Assembly (NCBI GenBank): GCA_035548355.1
Contig: DASZTD010000005.1
Span: 2,241 to 66,240, forward strand
Reading direction: 5' to 3'
Source of the DNA: Pseudorhodoplanes sp.
GTDB lineage: Bacteria; Pseudomonadota; Alphaproteobacteria; Rhizobiales; Xanthobacteraceae
Length of the DNA stretch: 64,000 bases
Shown: piece by piece, positions 9,617 to 19,147 of the stretch
Position numbering within the stretch: position 1 is the stretch's first letter
Layout of the letters: the number at the start of each line of letters is the position of its first letter
Notes under the pieces: model-generated
The model's database searches: none
Told to the model about the DNA's origin: nothing
Seen by the model: only the letters and a program-made list of their open reading frames with translations
Program-made: the position numbers and the translations under genes

Positions 9617-11161
9617 TCAGGGCAAATCGCGCCGCATTCGTTCGCGGAACGCGCGCACGATGAGCGGATTGGCGCCGATCGCTTCGAGCGCGTCGCGCGT
9701 GGCGGCTCGGTCCGGGGAATGACCGGCGAGGCGATGGCCCATCGTCCGGTCGGGAAGCGCGGCGATGGTCGCCCCGGAATCTGCGCCGGCCACGAGATCC
9801 TGCAATTCGCGCCACGCGAAACGATAACCGCCGACACTGACCAGCCCGGAAGGCGGGCCGGTGACGATCAGCGAACCGGTTTCGCGGATGGCGCGGCACG
9901 GATAGCCGGTATTCACCATGCCGTCGGCGGCGACGCGCAGGAAGGCACGGCCCCTGCGCTCGGCATCCGGCGGGAAAGGGTAGCGCGGAACCATCGGCCC
10001 ACCGGCGGCCAGCGTGCCGGCCGAGGTCCGGGCGAGATCGGCGACGCGTATTGCGCCGGGTTCTCCGCGCGGAACCATGACCGGGCCGAAGGGCAGCGGC
10101 AGCGGTCTTCCGTCCTCCTCCCGGCGTCCGGCAACAACGGCGGTTTCGCCGAGGGCGACGATGTCGGTCATGGCGATCGCGGGATGGCGCCAGCCGGCCG
10201 TTCCGATCAGCCGTTCCGCCGCTCGCCACACGGCGAGCAAGTTCGTCACGCGATGCCCAGGCGGCAGAAAATCGGTTCCGGCGAGATGCGCCGCGAGCGG
10301 TCCGGGTAGCACGACCGTATCGCATCCATGGCCGACGACCTGTGCGGCGAAAATGTCCAGCGAGAAGGCATGGTGGAGCACGAGGGTTCCGCCAGACAAA
10401 AGCCAAGGGAGCAGCCCCGCCGAGAGGCCTGCGAGGGAGGACGGCTCGACGGTGGAGAGGATCGCCGGATGTGGCGGCAGCCTGCTTTCGAGCAGGACGG
10501 CCGTTCCGGCGGCGGCGAGCTCGCGATGACTGCGCGCGACGGCGATCAGGCCATCGGCCGTCACGTCCCAGGTGATGGCGGCGACATGCGCGGCCGGCAC
10601 CTCGTCATGCGCGCGGGCGGGCGGCGGGGGATCGAAGCTGACGCCCTCGTAAAGGTCGTCCAAGGGGATGATTCCGTCGGGAACCTGCGGACCGAAGCCG
10701 CAGACATGCCGGATCGAGAAAATCTCGGCGGCGGTCTGCATCGCGATCCGGAAATGCTCGGCGCCGCCATGCGCGCCGCGGGTGATCAGCGCCCGCGCGC
10801 CGGCAAGCGACAGCGCGGCGACGCAGTCCGCGCGCCTCCACAGGAGCGGCAGCGGCGCCGCGATCATGCCTGCGCGCAGTGTACCGAGAAAGGCGAGAAC
10901 GTGGTCGATGGTGTTTGGCAATTGCAGCCCGATCACCGCGTCGGTCGAAAGCCCGAGGCGATGGAGGCGCGCGGCGATCGCCGACACGATCCGGTCGGCT
11001 TGCGCAAAGGAGAGACGGCGCGGCGCAGCATCCCGCGCGGGATCCGGCAAATCGACGAGGGCCGCCGCGTCGGGGTGTTCCTGCGCCGCGCGCCGCAGCA
11101 TTTCGTCGAGCGTGACGCGATTGGCGGATCGTGCGTCCGATATGGCGTCGCCCGGGATCAT
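9617..11161 (-). CDS. Class I adenylate-forming (AMP-binding) fold protein with degenerate catalytic motifs
   Basis: N-terminal TLDEMLRRAAQEHPDAAALVD...LSFAQAD...LGTLRAGMIAAPLP typical of ANL enzymes; ATGA overlap with upstream SBP stop. Confidence 0.75.
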   Translation of the reverse strand: MIPGDAISDARSANRVTLDEMLRRAAQEHPDAAALVDLPDPARDAAPRRLSFAQADRIVSAIAARLHRLGLSTDAVIGLQLPNTIDHVLAFLGTLRAGMIAAPLPLLWRRADCVAALSLAGARALITRGAHGGAEHFRIAMQTAAEIFSIRHVCGFGPQVPDGIIPLDDLYEGVSFDPPPPARAHDEVPAAHVAAITWDVTADGLIAVARSHRELAAAGTAVLLESRLPPHPAILSTVEPSSLAGLSAGLLPWLLSGGTLVLHHAFSLDIFAAQVVGHGCDTVVLPGPLAAHLAGTDFLPPGHRVTNLLAVWRAAERLIGTAGWRHPAIAMTDIVALGETAVVAGRREEDGRPLPLPFGPVMVPRGEPGAIRVADLARTSAGTLAAGGPMVPRYPFPPDAERRGRAFLRVAADGMVNTGYPCRAIRETGSLIVTGPPSGLVSVGGYRFAWRELQDLVAGADSGATIAALPDRTMGHRLAGHSPDRAATRDALEAIGANPLIVRAFRERMRRDLP

Positions 11162-13032
11162 GGCTTGTGCCACCAGGTTTCGGGCAGATAGCCGAACAGC
11201 GACGTCCTTGCCGGATGCTCGATAAAGGCGCGGCGGGCGACCCACTGGTCCGGCAGATGGAAGAGCGGCACGACGTAGAATCCGGATACCAGCACGCGGT
11301 CGAGCGCGCGCACGGCGGAGACGAATTCGGAACGCTCGCGCGCCTGCAGCAGCGCGGCGATCATCGCGTCGATCGCCGGATTTTTCGCGCCCATATAGTT
11401 GCGCGTGCCCTGTGCATCGGCGGCGGCGCTGCTCCAGTAGAAGCTCTGCTCGTTGCCGGGCGACAGCGACTGGTCCCACTTGTACTGGATCATGTCGTAG
11501 TCGTAGGTGAGCTTGCGGCGGTCAAACTGGACCGCATCGACCGCGCGCACATGCGCGGCTATTCCCGCGCGCTTGAGGTCGCGCGCGAAGGCGAGCGCCA
11601 GCCTCTCCTGGTCCTTGGTGACGACGAGAATCTCGAATTCGAACGGCGTCCCGTCGGCGCGCGAACGCAGCACCGTTCCGTCGAGGTCGAAACCCGCCTG
11701 CGAGAACAGCGCCAACGCTTTTTTCAGGTTGGCCCGGTCGCGGCCGGTGCCGTCATTGACCGGGGGATGCCATGAGCCGTCCATCACATCGGGGCGCACC
11801 GTGCCGGGAAAGGGGGCGAGCAGGGCGCGCTCACGCGGATCGGCGGGGTGGCCGGAAAAGGACAGCTCCGACCCCTCGAAATAGCTGACCGTGCGGCGAT
11901 AGGCGTTGAAATAGAAATTCTTGTTCAACCACTCGAAATCGAACAGGAGGCCGATCGCCTCGCGCACGCGGATGTCGGCGAAAAGCGGACGGCGCGTGTT
12001 GAAGACGAAGGCGTCGAGCGGCTTGGGCAGCGCATAAGGAAAGCTCTCCTTGACCACGCGCCCGTCGCGCAGGGCGGGAAAATCGTATTGCGTGGCCCAG
12101 CGACCCGGATCGCTTTCTGCGCGCACGTCGTAAAGCCCTTTCTTGAACGCCTCGAAATAGGTGTTGGCGTCCCGATAATAGTCGAAGCGCAACTCGTCGA
12201 AGTTCCAGAAGCCGCGATTGATCGCAAGATCGCGTCCCCAGTAATTCGGATCGCGCGTGAAGGTAACGCTTTCGCCCGGCTTCACCGCGGTCACCCGGTA
12301 AGGCCCGCTGCCGATCGGCGGCTCAAAACTCGTCTCCTCGAAGGTATCGGCGTTGACCGCGTGCCTGGGCAGCACCGGCATCAATCCGAGGATCAGCGGC
12401 AATTCGCGATCGTTGGCGCCCGCGAGATCGAAGCGCACCGAGCGGCCGACGATCTGCGCCTTATTGACCTTGGCGTAATAGGTGCGGTGATTGGGGCGGC
12501 CCTTGTCGCGCAGCAATTGCCAGGAGAAGACCACGTCCTGCGGCGTGACCGGCTTGCCGTCGGAAAATCGCGCGCGCGGATCAAGCGTGAAGGTGACGAA
12601 GCTGCGTTCGTCGTCGGTCTCGACGCTTTGCGCGAGCAGGCCGTAGAGCGTGAACGGCTCGTCGTAACCGCGCGCGAGCAGGCTTTCGATCACGTAGCCG
12701 CGGATGCTTTGCGCCGGCAGGCCCTTCACAATCAACGGATTGAGGCTGTCGAATGTGCCGAGCACGCCCTGGACGAGGCGGCCGCCTTTCGGCGCCGCCG
12801 GGTTCGCGTAGGGAAGGTCGGAAAAGCCCGGCGGCCAGGCGGGCTTGCCGTGCATGGCGATTGCGTGAGCGGGCTCGGCGATGCCGGAGGTTGCCGTGAC
12901 GGACAAAGCGCAGGCGAGCGCGAGGGCGGCGAAAAGCCCCGTCGGCGAAATCTTGCCGCGGGCAGGAACGGCGCGGAAATCCTTCAGCGGCATCGCGTTT
13001 TTCGGTTTGATTCTCGCCGGTCGGTGCTTCAT
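11158..13032 (-). CDS. ABC-type extracellular solute-binding protein family 5 (YejA-like); exact start uncertain
   Basis: HAIAMHGKP, YANPAAPKGG, GTFDSLNP, ARFSDGKPVT, SPGNEQ; signal-peptide-like N-terminus. Confidence 0.9.
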   Translation of the reverse strand: MKHRPARIKPKNAMPLKDFRAVPARGKISPTGLFAALALACALSVTATSGIAEPAHAIAMHGKPAWPPGFSDLPYANPAAPKGGRLVQGVLGTFDSLNPLIVKGLPAQSIRGYVIESLLARGYDEPFTLYGLLAQSVETDDERSFVTFTLDPRARFSDGKPVTPQDVVFSWQLLRDKGRPNHRTYYAKVNKAQIVGRSVRFDLAGANDRELPLILGLMPVLPRHAVNADTFEETSFEPPIGSGPYRVTAVKPGESVTFTRDPNYWGRDLAINRGFWNFDELRFDYYRDANTYFEAFKKGLYDVRAESDPGRWATQYDFPALRDGRVVKESFPYALPKPLDAFVFNTRRPLFADIRVREAIGLLFDFEWLNKNFYFNAYRRTVSYFEGSELSFSGHPADPRERALLAPFPGTVRPDVMDGSWHPPVNDGTGRDRANLKKALALFSQAGFDLDGTVLRSRADGTPFEFEILVVTKDQERLALAFARDLKRAGIAAHVRAVDAVQFDRRKLTYDYDMIQYKWDQSLSPGNEQSFYWSSAAADAQGTRNYMGAKNPAIDAMIAALLQARERSEFVSAVRALDRVLVSGFYVVPLFHLPDQWVARRAFIEHPARTSLFGYLPETWWHKP

Positions 13033-13243
13033 ACACGCAATCCACGCTCAGGCCTTTGCCAAGACAGGGTAATCACCATTATTCGCTCTGAGCGCTTTAT
13101 TGGCGCCGGAAATTCAGGTATCAGGCGGACTCAAGGCGTCACGCTGTTGCCTTTATTTGCGTCAAGACACGCCCTTTCCGGGCGCCGGTCGGGGCGGCCC
13201 CAGCGCCTTCGGAACGCCAAAAACTAAAGAGGAACGAAGTCCA

Positions 13244-13999
13244 ATGACTTATCGGATCGCGTCCGCGTTTGCGGCCGCCAGTATTTTGGCGATGGCAAGC
13301 GCGGGGGTCGCGGAGGCGCAAACGCAGCCGGCGAAACCCGCTCCGGCAAAACCCGCTGCCCCAGCCAAGCCGGCCGCACCCGCCCAGGCCCAGCCGAATG
13401 CGCCCGCGGCTCCGGCCGGCCAGCCGCAGCAGGGCGAAGTGCAGCTCATCTATTCCCCCTGGACCAAGTTCTGCCTCAAGGGCCAGGACTCGAGCGCCAA
13501 GCAGGTTTGCTTCACCGGCAAGGACGCGCGGCTCGAGTCCGGCATGCCGGTCGTCGCCGCCGTGCTGATCGAGCCGGAAGGCGAGCAGAAGAAGATCCTG
13601 CGCGTCACGCTGCCGCTCGGCATGCAGCTCGTGCACGGCACGCGCACGATTATCGACCAGGGCCAGCCGGCGCAGGCGCCCTACGTGATCTGCTTCACCA
13701 ATGGCTGCATGGCCGATTACGAGGCCAATGCCGATCTGGTGCAGAGGCTCAAGAAGGGTCAGCAGCTCGCGGTGCAGGCGATCAACGGCAACGGCCAGCC
13801 GGTCAGCCTGCTGCTGCCGCTCGCCGACTTCGCCAAGGCCTATGACGGCCCGCCGACCGATCCGAAGGTTTTCGAGGAGCAGCAGAAGAAGCTGCAGGAC
13901 GAGTTGCAGGCGCGCGCAGACAAGGCGCGCAAGGAACTCGAAGCCAAGAGCGGATCGGCTCCGGCTCAAGGCGCTCCGGCTCCCGCGCCGAAGCAGTAA
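13244..13999 (+). CDS. Invasion associated locus B (IalB) family exported protein
   Basis: Signal peptide, Pro/Ala linker, WTKFC, VTLPLG, CFTNGC. Confidence 0.85.
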   Translation: MTYRIASAFAAASILAMASAGVAEAQTQPAKPAPAKPAAPAKPAAPAQAQPNAPAAPAGQPQQGEVQLIYSPWTKFCLKGQDSSAKQVCFTGKDARLESGMPVVAAVLIEPEGEQKKILRVTLPLGMQLVHGTRTIIDQGQPAQAPYVICFTNGCMADYEANADLVQRLKKGQQLAVQAINGNGQPVSLLLPLADFAKAYDGPPTDPKVFEEQQKKLQDELQARADKARKELEAKSGSAPAQGAPAPAPKQ

Positions 14000-14016
14000 G
14001 AGCGCGCTCATTGCGG

Positions 14017-14047
14017 AAAAAGGCGCGTCCGCCGGGCGCGCCTTTTT
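14017..14047. terminator. Rho-independent terminator, probably bidirectional
   Basis: AAAAAGGCGCGTCC-gcc-GGGCGCGCCTTTTT between convergent ialB-like and hspQ genes. Confidence 0.85.
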
Positions 14048-14083
14048 CTTTTGTTTTTTGTCCGGCCGGAGAAACGGGCCGGA

Positions 14084-14458
14084 TCAGTTGACGAGAAAAT
14101 CGCGCGGGCGGAAGCCGCCATGCGCATCCTCGATGAAGACCTCACGTACCTGCGGGTGACGGATCGGCTCGCCGGACGTGTCGGGCAGGAGGTTCTGCTC
14201 CGACACATAGGCGATGTATTCGTTCTCCGCGTTCTCGGCGAACAGGTGATAGAAGGGCTGGTCCTTGTGCGGCCGCACTTCCTCGGGGATCGACAGCCAC
14301 CATTCCTCAGTGTTGTTGAATACCGGATCGATGTCGAAGACGACGCCGCGGAACGGAAAGACACGGTGGCGCACCACGTCGCCAATGCGATACTTGGCGA
14401 CGCGCGGCTTGAACGCGGCGCGCTTCGGGTCGGCCTTCGGGGTATGGCTTTTGCTCAT
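14084..14458 (-). CDS. hspQ: Heat shock protein HspQ (YccV-like)
   Basis: AKYRIGDVVRHRVFPFRGVVFDIDP, KDQPFYHL, AYVSEQNL. Confidence 0.92.
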   Translation of the reverse strand: MSKSHTPKADPKRAAFKPRVAKYRIGDVVRHRVFPFRGVVFDIDPVFNNTEEWWLSIPEEVRPHKDQPFYHLFAENAENEYIAYVSEQNLLPDTSGEPIRHPQVREVFIEDAHGGFRPRDFLVN

Positions 14459-14498
14459 ACGCGGCAACATAGGTGGCGATTGAGGCGGATAACAGGCC

Positions 14499-15539
14499 TC
14501 AAAATCCGTAGGCCTTCCCGAGATCGGGGTCCTTCCTGGCGACGAGGGCGGCAAGATCGAGCACAACCTTGGCTTGCTTCCAGGTTGCATCGTCCTGCAT
14601 CTTTCCGTCGATCATGACCGCGCCGGTTCCGTCCGGCATCGCCTCGACGATCCGGCGGGCGAAGGCGACTTCCTTGGGATCGGGCGAGAAGACGCGCTTG
14701 GCGATGGCAATCTGCGAGGGATGAAGCGACCAGGCTCCCGCGCAGCCCATCAGGAAGGCGTTGCGGAACTGAACCTCGCAGCCCTGCGGATCGGAGAAGT
14801 CGCCAAAGGGACCGTAGAACGGCTTGATGCCGGCGGCGGCGCAGGCATCGACCATTTTCGCGATCGTGTAGTGCCACAGATCCTGCTGGAAGGCGGGCCG
14901 CGCCGCGTCGCCGGAGGCGTCGGCGAGCACCTTGTATTCGGGATGGCCGCCGCCGACGCGCGTCGTTTTCATGGCGCGCGAGGCGGCGAGATCGGCCGGC
15001 CCGAGGCTGATGCCGTGCATGCGCGGAGACGCGGCGGCGATCGCTCGCACATTGTTGACGCCCTCGGCGGTTTCGAGGATGGCGTGGATGAGGATCGGCT
15101 TGCCGACCCTGTGCTTCGCCTCGAGCTGCGCGAGCAGTTGATCGAGATAGTGAATGTCCCACGGACCATCGACCTTCGGCAGCATCACCACGTCGAGCTT
15201 GCCGCCGACCGCGCCCACGATCTGGGTGATGTCGTCGAGCATCCAAGGGGAATTCAGCGCGTTGATGCGCGTCCACAGGCCGGTCGCGCCGAAATCGAAG
15301 GCTTTCGCCATCTCGATGAAGCCCGCGCGCGCGGCCTCCTTGGCATCGGCGGGGACCGCGTCTTCCAGGTTGCCCAGCACCACATCAACCTGCCGGATCA
15401 GCTCGCCGGCTTTCGCCCGCAGCTTTTCGACATGCGGCGGAACGAAATGGATCATGCGCTCGAGCCGAACCGGCAACTCGCGCAAGGGTTCGGGCGCACC
15501 GATGGCGAGCGGCTTGAAAAACTGACGCGGCAATTTCAT
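14499..15539 (-). CDS. CoA-ester lyase, malyl-CoA/beta-methylmalyl-CoA/citramalyl-CoA lyase type (CitE/HpcH superfamily)
   Basis: [47 protein letters not shown]. Confidence 0.85.
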   Translation of the reverse strand: MKLPRQFFKPLAIGAPEPLRELPVRLERMIHFVPPHVEKLRAKAGELIRQVDVVLGNLEDAVPADAKEAARAGFIEMAKAFDFGATGLWTRINALNSPWMLDDITQIVGAVGGKLDVVMLPKVDGPWDIHYLDQLLAQLEAKHRVGKPILIHAILETAEGVNNVRAIAAASPRMHGISLGPADLAASRAMKTTRVGGGHPEYKVLADASGDAARPAFQQDLWHYTIAKMVDACAAAGIKPFYGPFGDFSDPQGCEVQFRNAFLMGCAGAWSLHPSQIAIAKRVFSPDPKEVAFARRIVEAMPDGTGAVMIDGKMQDDATWKQAKVVLDLAALVARKDPDLGKAYGF

Positions 15540-15734
15540 GCCTCACCTGCCTTGTATCGCGCCCGCACGCGCCGCGGGCCTTGCTGTGGGGGCCGGCGGC
15601 GGGAAGGCCGGACCTGCGGCGGGATTTGCATGTATTGCGGCGGGGAACGCAAGGTCCGCCCCGGCTCGGGGCCGGCTTTTCTTGACCGTTCGGGCGGGGG
15701 CCGTTACCCCCGAATGCCCGCCCGCCCACTTCCC

Positions 15735-16694
15735 ATGACCGACGTCCTCAACCTGGCGCTGCCCTATTTCGGCCTGATCTTTCTCGGCTATGCCTGCGGG
15801 CGCTTCAGGCCGATGCCCGAGTCCGGGCTCGCGTGGATGAATTTCTTTCTCATCTACGTCGCTCTGCCCTGTCTCTTTTACCGGATCGTGGCGACGACGC
15901 CGTTCGAGGAACTGAACAACGTTTCCTTCATTCTCGGCACGACGCTCGCGACCGGGTCGGCCTATGCGCTCGCCTTCGCCGCCGGCATGGTCATGATGCG
16001 CGGGGAGAAGGCGCCGGCGGCGATGGCGGGACTCGCCGGGGCCTATGGCAATGTCGGCTATATGGGCCCCGGGCTCGCGCTCGCCGCGCTCGGGCCGCAG
16101 GCGACCGCGCCGGTCGCGCTGATCTTCTGCTTCGACAACATCCTCGTATTCTCGCTCGCGCCGTTTCTCATGGCGCTCGCCGGGACCGAGCACAAGACGT
16201 TCGGCGCGATCGCGCGCGACGTGACCATGCGCATTGCGCTGCATCCCTTCATCATCGCCACCGCCCTCGGCGTGCTCTCGGCGGCCGCGCATTTCCAGCC
16301 GCCGGTCGCGCTCGATCGACTCATGGCGTTCCTGCAGAACGGGGCGGCGCCTTGCGCGCTGTTCGTGATGGGTGTGACCGTGGCGTTGCGTCCGCTGCGA
16401 TCGGTCCCGTGGGAGGTGCCGGTCGTTCTCCTCGTCAAGCTCGCCGTGCATCCGCTGATGGCGCTTGCGCTCCTCAGCCTGCTCGGGCCGTTCTCGCAAA
16501 CCTGGATACACGCCGCCGTGCTGATGGCGGCATTGCCGCCGGCCCTCAACGCATTCATTATTGCGCGGCAATACGACACCTGGGTGGAGCAGGCTTCCGG
16601 TTCGGTATTGCTCGGCACGCTCGTGTCCGTGGTGTCGCTGACCGCGGTGATGTGGCTCGTCAAGACCGGCATGCTGCCGACGAAGCTTTTTTGA
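15735..16694 (+). CDS. AEC family (malate/malonate permease-like) transporter
   Basis: Many TM segments; YVALPCLF, GNVGYMG, LMAALPPALN; ATG at 15735 within longer ORF. Confidence 0.88.
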   Translation: MTDVLNLALPYFGLIFLGYACGRFRPMPESGLAWMNFFLIYVALPCLFYRIVATTPFEELNNVSFILGTTLATGSAYALAFAAGMVMMRGEKAPAAMAGLAGAYGNVGYMGPGLALAALGPQATAPVALIFCFDNILVFSLAPFLMALAGTEHKTFGAIARDVTMRIALHPFIIATALGVLSAAAHFQPPVALDRLMAFLQNGAAPCALFVMGVTVALRPLRSVPWEVPVVLLVKLAVHPLMALALLSLLGPFSQTWIHAAVLMAALPPALNAFIIARQYDTWVEQASGSVLLGTLVSVVSLTAVMWLVKTGMLPTKLF

Positions 16695-16702
16695 GTCCGA
16701 TC

Positions 16703-17824
16703 ATGCAGCCGCTTGCAGGCCTCCTTGTGGTCGATCTGACGACGCTGTTGCCCGGCCCGCTGGCTACGCTGATGCTGGCGGAGGCCGGGGCCGAGGTCAT
16801 CAAAGTCGAAAAGCCGGGCGGGGAGGACATGCGCCGCTTCGAGCCGAGCCTGGGCTGCGACGGCGCCGCCTTTGCGCTGCTGAACCGGGGCAAGAGGACG
16901 ATCGTCCTCGATCTCAAGGCCGACAGCGGGCGCGAACGACTTAAATCGTTACTTCAGCGAGCTGACATTCTGGTTGAGCAGTTCCGACCAGGCGTGATGG
17001 ACCGTCTCGGCTTCGGCTTCGACGCGGCGAGAGCGATCAATCCCCGGCTGATCTATTGCTCGATTTCCGGTTACGGCCAGAGCGGACCGCGGGCGCAGGA
17101 GGCCGGGCACGACATCAATTACATTGGCAATACCGGGCTGCTCGGGCTGCAGGCGAGCCCGCCGGGGCAGCCCGTCGTGCCGCCGGCGCTGATCGCCGAT
17201 ATCGGCGGGGGCACCTTCCCGGCGGTGATCAACATCCTGCTCGCCCTGCGCGAGCGGGACCGGACCGGCGAGGGCTGCCATCTCGACATCGCCATGACCG
17301 ACGCGATGTTTGTCTTCGCCTGGCATGCGCTGGCGCAAGGCGCGGCGACCGGGGCCTATCCGCGGAGCGGCGAGGGCTTACTGACCGGAGGATCGCCGCG
17401 CTACCAGCTCTATCCCGCGCGGGACGGGAAGCTGATCGCCTGCGGCGCGCTCGAGGATCATTTCTGGCGCCGCTTCACGCAGGTAATCGGCCTCGACGCC
17501 GCGCTCGCCGACGACGACGCCGATCCGAAAGCGACGCGGGCGGCGGTCGCCCGCATCATCGCGTCGAGGACAGCGGAGGAATGGAGACCGGTTTTCGCGC
17601 AGGCGGATTGCTGCGCCACGATCGTCGCCTCGCTTGAGGAGGCGATGCGCGACCCCCATTTCGCCGGGCGCGGCTTGTTCGCGCGCAAGGTTCATGTCGC
17701 CTCGGGCGAGACCATGCCGGCCTTGCCGGTTCCCGTCGCCCCGCGTTTCCGCGGCGATCCGGGCGAAGCAAGGGCGGCGCCACCGCTCGATTCCCGGCAA
17801 TCAACGGTGCGCGACAATCAATAA
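16703..17824 (+). CDS. CaiB/BaiF family III CoA-transferase (alpha-methylacyl-CoA racemase-like)
   Basis: LPGPLATLMLAEAGAEVIKVE, LNRGKR, EQFRPGVMDRLG, GHDINY, ADIGGG. Confidence 0.88.
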   Translation: MQPLAGLLVVDLTTLLPGPLATLMLAEAGAEVIKVEKPGGEDMRRFEPSLGCDGAAFALLNRGKRTIVLDLKADSGRERLKSLLQRADILVEQFRPGVMDRLGFGFDAARAINPRLIYCSISGYGQSGPRAQEAGHDINYIGNTGLLGLQASPPGQPVVPPALIADIGGGTFPAVINILLALRERDRTGEGCHLDIAMTDAMFVFAWHALAQGAATGAYPRSGEGLLTGGSPRYQLYPARDGKLIACGALEDHFWRRFTQVIGLDAALADDDADPKATRAAVARIIASRTAEEWRPVFAQADCCATIVASLEEAMRDPHFAGRGLFARKVHVASGETMPALPVPVAPRFRGDPGEARAAPPLDSRQSTVRDNQ

Positions 17825-19035
17825 GGAGCGAGCGCCTCGCCGCGCATCAGGCGGGGCTGCGACGACGACGGCGCGATGCCTTCGCGCATCACCGCGCGGC
17901 GCAGCGGGCCGACGGAATTCATCAGCAACATGCCGAGCCCGCGCACACCCTGGAACGGCAGGAAGCCGGAGAGCAGCGTGCGGTTGAGCAGATCGACCGC
18001 GAATGTGCGGCTCGCCACGTCCGCGCGGCGCCCGCGTTCGTAGCGCGCGAGCAGCTCCACAGCGCCGATGTCGCGGTTCTGACCTACCGCCTGCGCGGCC
18101 AACTCGGCGATCAGCGCCGCGTCGCGCAGCCCCAGATTGAGACCCTGCGCCCCGATCGGGGGAATCCGGTGCGCGGCTTCGCCGACAAGCGCGATCCGGC
18201 GGGCGGCGAAGCTTTCCGCCGTCTCGACAGCGAGCGGGAAATAGCCGACGCCCGCTTCCGCCTGCATGCGGCCGAGAATCGAATGCGAGCGCCGCTCCAT
18301 CTCCGCCGCCAGCGCCTCGGCGTCGAGGCCGCGCAGCATCTCGCCCTCGGCCGGATCGACCACGCAGACGATGCTCGAGCGATTGCCGCGCAGCGGCACG
18401 AGGGTGAAGGGGCCGGTTTCGGTGTGGAACTCGGTGGAGATATCGTCGTGAGGGCGGGCGTGACGGACAGTCAGGGCGAGGGCGGCCTGCGGATAGCTCC
18501 ATCCGCTGGTTTTGATGCCGGCGGCGGCGCGGCAGAGGGACTTGCGTCCGTCGGCGCCGACAACGAGCCGGGCGCGCAGGGCCTCGCCGTTGCAAGCGCG
18601 CACCGTCACCGCTTCGTCGTCGATCTCGACCGCGTCGGCCTCGTCATCAAGGCGGGTTAGCTTCGCAAGCGCCGCCGCGCGGCTTTCCAGGGCGGCGACC
18701 AGGTGGCGGTTCTCGATATTCTCGCCGAAGGAGTCGAGGCCGAGTTCGCCGGCTTCGAACCGCGCCTGCGGCGCGCGGATGAGACGCGCCGTGTCGTCGA
18801 CGATCCGCAGGGTGCGAAGCGGCGCCGCCTGCGCGCGCGCCTGCTTCCAGACGCCGAGCGTTTCGAGCGCGGTGACCGATCCGCCGAGAAGGGCGGTCGT
18901 GCGATTGTCGTCGGGGGCGGGGCGGCCGACCAGGACCGTCTCGATGCCGGCGGACGCGAGCGCGATCGCGGCGGTGAGACCGGCGGGGCCGGCGCCGACG
19001 ACGACCGATTGCGTCGGTTGCGGGGACGTTGTCAT
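17818..19035 (-). CDS. UbiH/UbiF/UbiL family FAD-dependent hydroxylase
   Basis: VVGAGPAGL, GADGRKS, LVGEAAHRIPPIGAQGLNLGLRD. Confidence 0.9.
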   Translation of the reverse strand: MTTSPQPTQSVVVGAGPAGLTAAIALASAGIETVLVGRPAPDDNRTTALLGGSVTALETLGVWKQARAQAAPLRTLRIVDDTARLIRAPQARFEAGELGLDSFGENIENRHLVAALESRAAALAKLTRLDDEADAVEIDDEAVTVRACNGEALRARLVVGADGRKSLCRAAAGIKTSGWSYPQAALALTVRHARPHDDISTEFHTETGPFTLVPLRGNRSSIVCVVDPAEGEMLRGLDAEALAAEMERRSHSILGRMQAEAGVGYFPLAVETAESFAARRIALVGEAAHRIPPIGAQGLNLGLRDAALIAELAAQAVGQNRDIGAVELLARYERGRRADVASRTFAVDLLNRTLLSGFLPFQGVRGLGMLLMNSVGPLRRAVMREGIAPSSSQPRLMRGEALAPY

Positions 19036-19147
19036 GGTTACGCTTCTAGCCCGCTGCGCCCGCTTTGGGGAGAGTGGAAACCATGGCAAAGGCTGGCGTT
19101 TCCGTTCCGCGGGCGCATGCGTTAGGAAGGCGTCAGGAGCCTCTCCC

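Noticed and set aside
13325-13430. Short imperfect repeats (AKPAPAKPAAPAKPAAP)
   Set aside because: Low-complexity Pro/Ala linker of the IalB-like protein; no CRISPR-like repeat-spacer structure
14467-14500. RpoH-like promoter for hspQ (CCTATGT -10 on minus strand)
   Set aside because: No convincing CTTGAA -35 at the right spacing; too weak to call
14574-17824. Apparent long fusion ORFs 14574-16694 and 15833-17824
   Set aside because: Only the 3' parts encode real proteins (AEC from 15735, CoA-transferase from 16703); upstream parts are open shadow frames
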